Shown here piece after piece: positions 48,949 to 58,431 of a stretch of 64,000 nucleotides of DNA. This stretch comes from Spizellomyces punctatus DAOM BR117 (lineage: Eukaryota). The notes under the pieces were generated by a model that saw only the letters and a list, made by a program, of their open reading frames with translations, had not been told where the DNA came from and did not search any database. The DNA lies in NCBI GenBank assembly GCA_000182565.2, contig KQ257468.1; one strand, written 5' to 3'. The position numbers and the translations under genes are program-made. Position 1 is the first letter of the stretch, and each line of letters begins with the position of its first letter.

Positions 48949-51095
48949 TCATACTACTTTGTAATCCTCAGTTAGAAGTACGGTGTCTTGCGAAAACGAT
49001 ATCGGAGCGCCATTGACGCTCGTGACATCTCGGATCTGATGTTTCAGGAGATTTGAGTTAGCTGTCGAAATAATACATCTGCAACAATTTTAGGACCTAC
49101 CCCAATGCTGCAAAATGTCTTCCCGCTTGTAAACGAAGCAACGATTGGGAAGAAAGCCGCTGTATCGTCGGTGTTGACACTGAATTCTAGGAGGCCAGAT
49201 TTATTCGACTGATCGATAATAGGCAACTGCCATTGAATAAATCGTCTCGCTCTATCGATTTCATAGTGGCCCTCAACATCCCCAACCGTCGGTGGAGTAT
49301 TACCGCTGTAATGAATTTTCTTTAGCGTTGATCAGCAAAGGAGCGGGGACCGATCACAACATACGGGTATGGAATTGAGATGATTACATCCCGCAGCTCA
49401 AGTTCATTTGATTGAAGTTCGTATTCAATGTTAACATCGCATGAACCAGTTCCAGATGGTGACGGCCAGCAGTTGACTACAGCCGAGAAATGGCTGTCAA
49501 TGAAAGCACGGCGTCGCAGTCAAAATTGCACACACGTACTCAACAAGGGGACCTGACTCTCATCGTTCGTCGCAAACCGCCATCGCAGAATATTCAGAGC
49601 TTGGTTTGTTGGGAAAGGTTTCGAAGGGTCTCTCACACCGAGGATGGAGCTATCGGCAAAAAGCTTCTTGTCGACTTGAGGGTGTGTCTAAATGTAAATG
49701 TATCCACCTTACTATTAGCGGTTGATTTGCAATTGATCTCTGAAATTACAAGACATACATTATATTGCACATTTGGGTCGTGCTTCATGTTCAATGCAAC
49801 GCGTAGATGGCCCTTTGCGGGATCCGTAACTTTCAGTTGCATTTCGCCCTTCACTTTCATATCCTGTAGACCGCCGTCGCGATTCACAACCACTATGATC
49901 TTCTCTTCCAGGGCAACGTGCACGCTACATGCAAAGATAAGCAACCGCCAAGTAAATTACAGATTTGTGTAGTACCTTTCAGTTGGAACAGCAGGATGAT
50001 GCACAGGAGCTGCGATTCCACCAGTTGGGCTCGTGACAGGTGGTGGCACGTCGGGAATGCCTTCGTCAGCTTTGATAGTGTTGACCAACATCGCATCATT
50101 CTGCTTCCTGCCCAATTGCATACCCTTTCCTCGGCCTCCTGCGGGAGGGGCGGTAACGGGCCTAAAAAAACAGTCGATCAGTAATTTTGCGGCTCAGCTT
50201 CACAGAGAATGCAACAGAGTACTAACGCCGAATAAGAAGAACGTTCAGGTTCCGGGGTAATGTTCCGGACGGGCTCGTAGGGGCTACCACTACGGAATCC
50301 ACCAGGACCTGACCCTCCGTAACTACCGCCACCACTACCAAAGCCGCCACCAAAGCCTCCAGCACCGCCAGTGTAACCCATTTTCGCCATTTCACGCTTT
50401 TGCATCTCCATCATCCTGGCTTTCCTACGGGCATCCTCCTTGGCCTGCTTCTCCTGGTTTCTCGCAATCTCTGCCTGCACACGCTCCTCATGCGATTCCA
50501 TCTCCGTAATCGTCCGGATCTGAGCGATGTTGACGTTTTCGCGATATCCCAGAGAAACTACTTCATCGAATACATGAGCAAGTTCGAACGCTTGAAGAGC
50601 TATTTCCCGTTCATTCAGGGAGCGGCAGTACTCAGACACAAGGCGAGCAAAGAGATGCAGCGTATCAATGTCTTGCAGAATGTTTGAATGCTTGTTTGTG
50701 ACGAGGACCATATAGAGGTCTTCCAACGGCTGTATGTTGCATGCACAGTTAAAAGTTGTGGATTGCGGTGCTGCAAGAGATGCAGACCTCACCTGATACA
50801 CATATCGAACTGTTTCAGTCTCCACAAACGTATGTTGGTCACTAGTACCTATGAGTTTTGGAAAGGATGCCAACAATCCTTCAATGCGAGACCGAGGCAT
50901 CTCTACGAACTGACGCGACATAACCGCTGCAGAAAAGCATGTTGAGTAAAAAATGCGCAGATTCGCTGCTCAGTGTCCACATACCCTTGCCGGCCTTTGT
51001 GCATATCGAAGCAGCTAGGACAACCTGTGGATGCGGTTGCTTGTCAGCCCGCGCGCAATCGGAGCCGCTCAAGTTAAAGAGGGAGCACCCACCAT
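48949..51095 (-). CDS. RET2: Coatomer subunit delta
   Basis: M|VVLAASICTKAGK|AVMSRQFVEMPRSRIEGLLASFPKL, SNILQDIDTLHLF, EMESHEE, GMQLGRK, mu-homology domain. Confidence 0.96.
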
Positions 51096-52172
51096 CTTGA
51101 CGATCTGCACTGAAAGACAATAATACTCTCACAAAGGGCGCGAGTATGAAAAGTTCCCCGGCCGTGTTCAGGTCTCCACACGTCAGCGTCCGTTGTTCCA
51201 ACGTCTTGCTTGCCTACTCCCTAAGCAACAGCCCAAAGGTGAAGCGGCCGCGTGTGGGGTGGGCTTAGTCAAACCAGGTTGGAGTCGGGGTTTCCGGGGC
51301 TCATCTTTCAGTAGTGTATTGGCAATAACAAATGTCTCAACACAATACACCAGGGAAGAAACCGGCGACAACCCGGTTCGGAAAAGCCAAGTAATTCCCT
51401 CCTTACAACCAACCAACTACTACTAGGCCCAATGACACATGCAATACATAATGGTTGTTCTAACCGGGTAACTAAGCCCACCACACGAGAGAAATCCTAC
51501 TAAGCCCTTGATTCCGAAATTCTTTAGTCGGAGGATGTTCAGATACTAAGGTAGATCAGAATTAGACTGGGAATACACATGGGAAAATACAAAGATAATG
51601 CATACCTGCAATCGTTGCAGCATAGTAGTAGCAGCATTTACAAGGGGTTATGTTGTATTTGTCAGGAGGGCGAGGTCCTCGGCACCAGAGTGGCATTCTC
51701 ATGGTGGACTGAGATGTGTTGGGCAGATGCTTGTGTCGAGGGATAAAGAAACAAGAGGGAAGAGGGACAAGGGGGGGTTTATATAGAAAACTGAGTGGAT
51801 ATATTGAGTCATGGGAGCGTCATGCAGGTGGCAACTGCAGAATATTCCTCTCATAGATGGCTGCAAGGGATAGTAATTGCACCATTCATGGCTGCACATA
51901 TTGGACCCGTCTTTTTGTTTATCTTCGTGAGGTTGATGTCACAATAAATGTGGTTAATTCAACTGGCTGCAATGCTCCGTGGCCTGACATTTCTATTTCC
52001 CACACACACTATGCAGTGCAAGGGCAGTGGGATTCTTTTAAGGAATTTGATAAAGAAAAAAAATCGCAATTACAGTACATTAAAAGTCAAGAAAACATGC
52101 ATGAGGTTTTGCTAACGAGAATAACTGTGATCTATGGACTATCTGAGCTAAAGCAGCGATATCAAAGTCCCA

Positions 52173-53789
52173 TCACATGAATAAATGTACTCCTAATGAA
52201 TTCCTGTTATTCCACCAGCTACTTTCTACCTCTGTGTCCCCTATTGCTTCGACTCCTGATAAAGCTTCCTGTTCATCGCTACTAGCAATATTATTGATGT
52301 CGACAGGGACGACTCTCGGTGTTAGCTCGCCAAGGTCTTCCTGGGGTTTTGGCGAGTGAAGTGATACAACTATATCATCATCTTCCCGAGTGTTGCTGAG
52401 TTCCTCAGGCTCCCTGATGAGGTCTGCATTTGTCTTCATATCAACGCCAGAATCGCGGTCCCGCCGATATTCTTCTATCATCAACTCCAACTCTCGAATC
52501 CTGCTCTCCTGCTCAGCGATCACCAACTCCTTCGCTCTCATTGCTGGATCTACCAGTACCATGTCCTCTTCCATCTGCCGAAGTATACCTTTCTGTTCCT
52601 CCAGAAGAGCGCCATTTGCACGGAGAGACGCCTCCAGTTGTTGTATGCATCTCTTTTGATCGACTATAACCGCATCCTTGATTTCCAATGAAGCTTTCAG
52701 CTCCTCAATAGCATGCTCATTTTCCTCAAGGGCTAAATTATGAGCTGCTTGGTTGGCTTCTAAAGTCTGCTCCAATGCTTGGATGGCAGTTTGAAGCTGT
52801 TCAATCGACTGTTGGCCTGCGGAAAAGATAGATTCCTTCTGATATGCGGTCGCTTGAAGATCTGTAACTAGTCGTTCTAACTCGGAGACTTGTTGTTGGG
52901 ATTCGGAAAGCTGCCCTTGCAGAGCTCCCACCTCCTCAAGGGCCGCGGATATTGCGTCAGCGTCAATGTGCTGTTGTCCCACAAAATTAAGAGATGAGTC
53001 GGTGGGGGTTCTATATCCACCATCTCCGTGCTGGCGGACCCATCGTACAAGCATTCGATTCTCTTCTGCCAGACGAGAGTAAGCACCACGGAGATCAGAG
53101 TGCTCCAATTTTAGCATCTCCAACTCATTGGCCTCCAGGATGCGGTCGCCTTGTTGAAATGTGTTGTTCAGAGTTCTTGCAAAGTCAGACACAGGACGAG
53201 TAGGTGGTGAATGGGAGCGGACGCCGGTGGATGTCTTTTTGTTATGAGGCGACCCTTTTGTTGGAGAAATGACGGATCGACGGGACGACGTTGAGCCTCG
53301 CCGCAAGCTTTTGTCTGTGTGTGCCGTGTCCTGATGATACGGCGGTGGTGGGGTCTGAGGTCCACCACGACTAGGCGGGCGCATGGCACGGAGTGTGCTA
53401 GTTGGAGACGGATTAGACGGACTCTGTAGCAATGGGGATTGAGCCTGGGCGGGATTGGCTGTTCGAACTGTTAGAGACTCATGACTTTTCTTCTTCTGTA
53501 TGGTACGCTTTTTGGCGGTAACTTCTGCTGCTTCTGGTCGGGAGGTCACACTTTTTGGCTTAACCGTTGGCGCACTCTTAGCGCCATGGCGAGAGCACAC
53601 GTTTGCTGTATAGGAGGTCTTTGTATCAGTTGTAAGAGGAGACACGGAAGTGTTGGCTTTCAGACGAGGGGCCTCGGCCTGCGATTTGCTTCCAACATAA
53701 TTTCGCCACTTTCCGACTGTTGCCTGGGTGCTCCGAGGCGTGCAAGCAAGGGCCCCGTTCAACATGGCTCGCCATTCAGCGTCTGCCAT
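52173..53789 (-). CDS. Hypothetical coiled-coil protein
   Basis: Long ORF with S/P/T-rich N-half and heptad E/Q/L-rich C-half; first ATG at MADAEWRAM; further 3' exons possible. Confidence 0.7.
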   Translation of the reverse strand: MADAEWRAMLNGALACTPRSTQATVGKWRNYVGSKSQAEAPRLKANTSVSPLTTDTKTSYTANVCSRHGAKSAPTVKPKSVTSRPEAAEVTAKKRTIQKKKSHESLTVRTANPAQAQSPLLQSPSNPSPTSTLRAMRPPSRGGPQTPPPPYHQDTAHTDKSLRRGSTSSRRSVISPTKGSPHNKKTSTGVRSHSPPTRPVSDFARTLNNTFQQGDRILEANELEMLKLEHSDLRGAYSRLAEENRMLVRWVRQHGDGGYRTPTDSSLNFVGQQHIDADAISAALEEVGALQGQLSESQQQVSELERLVTDLQATAYQKESIFSAGQQSIEQLQTAIQALEQTLEANQAAHNLALEENEHAIEELKASLEIKDAVIVDQKRCIQQLEASLRANGALLEEQKGILRQMEEDMVLVDPAMRAKELVIAEQESRIRELELMIEEYRRDRDSGVDMKTNADLIREPEELSNTREDDDIVVSLHSPKPQEDLGELTPRVVPVDINNIASSDEQEALSGVEAIGDTEVESSWWNNRNSLGVHLFM

Positions 53790-54084
53790 CTCGCTTTGCG
53801 TCAAGGGAGTGTGTAGACAAAGAGTCGAGAGAGCGTACAGACTTGTGGTTTTCAACGTTCAAAGGCTGGATTCATGAGGTCAGTCGATTTGGATTGCCGG
53901 GTAAAAATGCCAAGTAGCCGTGAAAGCCTAGCAAGGAGAAGCTTCCCATCGGAGTTAATTCACCACCTGTCCACCTGGTTGATGTAAAAAATTGAATAGG
54001 CAGCAGATCGGCGCACGTGAGGGTCGAACCCGCCACGACGGGGTCTTTTTGGACGCCGCATTTCGCATAGAAGGAAGGCTGGTT

Positions 54085-54110
54085 GACGACGACGACGACG
54101 ACGACGACGA
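54085..54110. repeat. (GAC)8 microsatellite
   Basis: Perfect trinucleotide run in intergenic DNA. Confidence 0.95.
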
Positions 54111-55115
54111 GTCCATACTCGGTGATTTGACAACGTCGGCGTTCGATGGAGTTATCTTTTAGGAAATTCAAAGACCATGAAGTTGGGTAGTTGGCGTCCC
54201 TTGGAAAAGGTGATTTTATGTTGCTCCCGTGGTCTGGATCAGTCATTTCTGTATACCCAATGACAATGCTTGAAAAGCTCATCGTTCCTAGTGTTGCTTG
54301 GCTCTCTTTTCTAATGGCAACCATCATCGCAGCCACATGTCCATATCTTTTAACGCAATGCACAATCTGTTCGAGATAACACATGTGTTAAGCCTCACCA
54401 CAAAAGGCAGTGGTTTTGTCCAGTATGAGGGACCTGGGAAGCTCATCGGAGGGTAAACAACCCTCTGACCAGCCATTCAGTCGGGATGAGTGCACATAGG
54501 TGCCTGCCGGCAAAGGGGTGACCCCAGAAGTCCGTTACCCGTTCGTTCACCCGTTCGTGGCGAGGACAGAATATCTTGTCAACCAGATGTTTGCCATGAT
54601 AGAATTTGACCATGAAACACGCTTCGCAGCATCTTCTGAACTAAATAACCTACATGATCCAATATCTGCATCAGGACGTCGACAATCAGCATGTCGCAAG
54701 AGCCAGAAAATATTGTTGAAGATTGGTGCCTTAAAAAAACTCAATCGGGTCCAGCGATTTTCATCTCCAACATTTGGCCACTACGGCCCCTACGGGGCGG
54801 GGTGCCAGTACCCTACAATAAATGGCCCCTGGACCAAGCAAAAGTGCGGGCCCATCTCCACTAGACTTCACAGCAGACTTTGACCAAAGACTCTATCGTT
54901 CATCGGTTATCGCATGAATAAGGTTTTCCCCGCATCTTCATCCATGGTTGGGGTGCTTAGCTACGTGTTCAAACTTAACCATGGAACTGAACAAGACGAA
55001 TGTGGACGAAGAAAGGAATCTAGCCGATGACTTTAAAGAAAAGAGCATAAAAGCCCGCAGAGATGTGGTAACCACCCGTCATCCCCACTACTATTACCTT
55101 GTAGATTTTCATACA

Positions 55116-55886
55116 ATGACGCTCCAACGCTCCGTTCTTTTCATCGCTCTGCTGGTCCTGTCATGTGCTTTCCTAGTAGTCGCTCAGCGTACCACCGTTG
55201 ACATTGCCTTTAAAGGCAAGTCCATCGAAGTGAAGGGAAGCATCACAGCCGATGATGCTTCGAAAGAAGGTGCCGAGATTTCGCTGGCGATGACTGGCCT
55301 CGACCCATCCGTGAAATATAATTATCATATCCACAACCTCGCCGTTGCCGGCAGCAATTGCAACTCAACCGGAGACCACTACGACCCGCAAAAAGTTAAC
55401 ACGCCCCCGTCTGCTTCTTACGCGTGCAAAGCCAACAAGGCCAAAGAAACCTGCGAAGGAGGTGACTTGTCCGGCAGATTTGGGGCTGTTCAAGGCAAGG
55501 CCACGGCTTCGCTCCGTTTTACGCATCCTCAGCTTAAGTTGGCGGATATCATTGGCCGCAGTATTGTTGTGCACGGAGCCAACAAAGCACGCCTCGCTTG
55601 CGGAAATATCTTGGCTCCTGGCCCCGCAAAAAAGTCTGACCCCGCAAAAAAGGCTGACCCCGCGAAAAAGGCTGACCCCGCAGCAAAGGCTGACCCCGCG
55701 AAAAAGGATGCCCCCGCAGCAAAGGCTGACCCGGCGAAAAAGGATGCCCCCGCAAAAAAGGATGCCCCCGCAGCAAAGGCTGACCCCGCGAAAAAGGCTG
55801 ACACCGCAAAAAAAGATGCCCCCCAAAAAAAGGCGTTGGCGCCAGTACGGCGCCGTAGGAATACGTGGATAGACCGAGTACGTTAG
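55116..55886 (+). CDS. Secreted Cu-only (SOD5-type) superoxide dismutase with repetitive tail
   Basis: Signal peptide MTLQRSVLFIALLVLSCAFLVVA; YHIH, GDHYDP, CEGGDLSG, IIGRSIVVH, RLACGNI; two Zn-ligand His and the electrostatic loop are missing. Confidence 0.88.
   Translation: MTLQRSVLFIALLVLSCAFLVVAQRTTVDIAFKGKSIEVKGSITADDASKEGAEISLAMTGLDPSVKYNYHIHNLAVAGSNCNSTGDHYDPQKVNTPPSASYACKANKAKETCEGGDLSGRFGAVQGKATASLRFTHPQLKLADIIGRSIVVHGANKARLACGNILAPGPAKKSDPAKKADPAKKADPAAKADPAKKDAPAAKADPAKKDAPAKKDAPAAKADPAKKADTAKKDAPQKKALAPVRRRRNTWIDRVR
55620..55831 (+). repeat. Coding minisatellite (KADPAK / KDAPAA units)
   Basis: About 11 degenerate 18-bp units such as aaggctgaccccgcgaaa and aaggatgcccccgcagca. 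Confidence 0.92.
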
Positions 55887-56216
55887 GTAGATGGGTGGTA
55901 GCCGCAGCCATTCCTTCACTGTAACGCCTAGATGTGAATGATACATAAAAAAGATACAGGTAGTTCTGGACGTTATTGCAGTTGATCTGCAAAATTAGTC
56001 CTTAGATTGTTTTATATGTAGCTGTTCTGTTAATGAAGTTCTTTTTCTGTGCTCAATAAATACTTCTAAAGTACAAGTATGGTGTCATATAAAGATGTTT
56101 GGCAACAGTGCGGTGTTGAAGGCGGCCAACATCAGAAAAACAATACAAAGACCACCAAATATACAAACGAACCAAAGCCCAATGCCCATCTGATCATGTG
56201 ACCTAACCCACAAATG

Positions 56217-57297
56217 CTATCGAACTCGGACAACGACGAGGTCATGATCTGTGCCACTATTCATCCGAGCACTTTCCAGGTCATCCCCCTCTATCATGCA
56301 CAAGTCAGACTCCGTTCCTGGATCACGATAATAGAAAAAATCATGATCGGAATCATAGCCGATGAGAACAATATAATGTCCGATGAAATCATCTGATGCA
56401 CCGAGCATGGCGTAAGACTTTTGTCCGCACCATGCAAAGCATGAGAACGTCGTAAGGAAAAGGGAACGGGATGTCGATGGAGGCGAACTTGGTGACGAGC
56501 GCGCTGCAACCCCGGACCTTCCTTCGCCTGGTCTAAATGGAATGCTTTCCTCCATTTTATTCCCTCCTACAACTACGCTTTCTCCAGAATCTCGGCACCA
56601 AGACCATTTTGACTTGCTCTTACATTTTCGACATCGTAGAAGCCGTAGATCCACCAGCATAATCACAGCATATACTGTTGACAAGAGGAATCGTCGTATA
56701 TCGTCGAGTGCTAATGTCAGACCAACAACTCGGACTCGATTGTCATGTGCAGCAGCAAACAATGATTGAACCCGTCGTCGGTCCAGTGTCCAGGTATCAC
56801 GGTAAAATTCCTTTGAGGAGTATTGCCAGTTGACTCCAATATATGAGGTATAATATGCTAAGAAAGTGATTTAAAGGGATATTAGCATGCGATTCTCTGA
56901 CTCGTCCCTCGCTAGCTCGAATAAGGGGCATTTCCACTCTTAAATGCTTTTCTAAAGGCATCTGATAGGCCATTTCACCAATTTCGTAAGATACTCACTG
57001 AAATCCTCCACGCTAAACCTCCTCAGTATATATGCCAAATCAATCGTCCAAACAGATTCCAGAGGACACTCCTTTCTCAGATCCATCAACGAATGCTTCT
57101 GCCCAAGCGCAGAGAGGACCATGCTTACACAGGCCAAACCACAGTCCCAGCTTGATAGCTAGCACTGTGCCGTTAGTGTCATTGTTCTTTTCACATAAAG
57201 TTTGCATACATGGCGATGCTATTAATATTATGAAACCCACCTGTTGGCAGTGGGGAACGCTAGCCAGCGTCGCTGGTAGCACAGACGACAACCCCAT
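56217..57297 (-). CDS. GUCD1: GUCD1-like (C39 peptidase-like fold) protein
   Basis: VPHCQQ|LSSWDCGLACVSMVL, SVWTIDLAYIL, FIGHYIVLIGYD, YYRDP, ARMNSGTDHDL. Confidence 0.88.
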
Positions 57298-57575
57298 TTA
57301 CGACTGTTGATATGTGACGATGACCAGAGGTGAGCAAGACTTCTTGTGTGTTGGAAATGTGTGACCCGGCAAAAAAATCTCCGAATGCCTCTACGTTAGC
57401 AGGCAGATATTGTGATATCCGGAGGTGACTAAGGCTAGGCAGGTCTAAGAGGTAATTGCCAAGAACTTGGAGGAGCTGCCGGAAGGCGGAGGGCTGACGG
57501 TGTTCAAATCACACGTGTCACATTTATTTAAACCAACTGGAAGGACGACATGGACCGAGTTTGCCAACGACAATC

Positions 57576-58251
57576 ATGTTCCGCCAACTAGCACGCACAT
57601 GGAAAACGTTAGACCTTCCATGGAGATCTCAAAAGCTCGTAAGTCATCGAGATGCAAGCCTTGCAATCACCGCCAACCAGTTGACGCCAAAGTTGACAAG
57701 AAAGCACACAGAAAGGGTACGATCTGATTGGCAATATGTACTTTGAAGGACCGCCAATGAGAGCTGGTACGGACCGAACGAGAAGGACAATCGAGTACTT
57801 TGATGGAAGGACAGAGTTTTATGACTATGATCCTGAACTCATCCCAGTGCAATGGCAATCTTGGTTGAGGCACTGCCGGGACGACCCACCTACACTCGCC
57901 GTAAGTATTATGTTCGCGACACATCAAGACGGCGTGAGCACAGCTGCTGACCAATGGAATGCGATATAGGAACTTCGAGAAGCAGAAGCACAGCGGTTGT
58001 TGACAATACAGCGAGCGGCCGAACTAGATCGCAAGTGGGAGGAACGGAAATTGGAACTGGAGCGACAACGAGCAGCCGCACTTCCAGCTGGTACGCATTC
58101 TTGCCTGAAGGATATCGCAGCCATTAGTTACTGATAGCCATCACGGTGCTGTTTATTTTTAGCCACCCCAGAGTCATCCCCCACTGCTCCCCATGGACAA
58201 GGTGACACGTTCGAGCCTGGTGCTTGGACGCCGGCTTCTAAACGCCGATGA
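57576..58251 (+). CDS. Complex I assembly factor NDUFAF2/mimitin-like (NDUFA12 family)
   Basis: LPWRSQKL|KGYDLIGNMYFE..RRTIEY..IPVQWQSWLRHCRDDPPTLA|EL..., C-terminal FEPGAWTP. Confidence 0.85.
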
Positions 58252-58431
58252 CGTCCTACGTTGCCGTCCCATAGTTCTTATCATCATGTAGAATAACATA
58301 TCCCCTAATGCATGCCCTTATTGTCACTCCGCGAATGCGAGGTGTGTCGTCGATTGTGAAGTATGATACAATACAATGCCCATAAAGCTTCAGATATCTC
58401 CAATTGTGTACACGACCAGACCTCCCGGGTC

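Noticed and set aside
51105-51315. RNase MRP-like hints: gaaaagttccccgg (CR-I-like), cggggctcat (CR-V-like) and actgaaaga/tctttcagt pairing
   Set aside because: CR-V lacks the conserved upstream adenosines, no P2 partner was found, P3 is too small, and it overlaps the delta-COP leader; not called without a covariance-model hit.
53872-54900. Short ORFs in the intergenic region
   Set aside because: No recognisable motifs or coherent splice model; the poly-Val run simply reflects the microsatellite.
55345-55992. Overlapping alternate-frame ORFs at the SOD locus
   Set aside because: Artefacts of the stop-free coding minisatellite.
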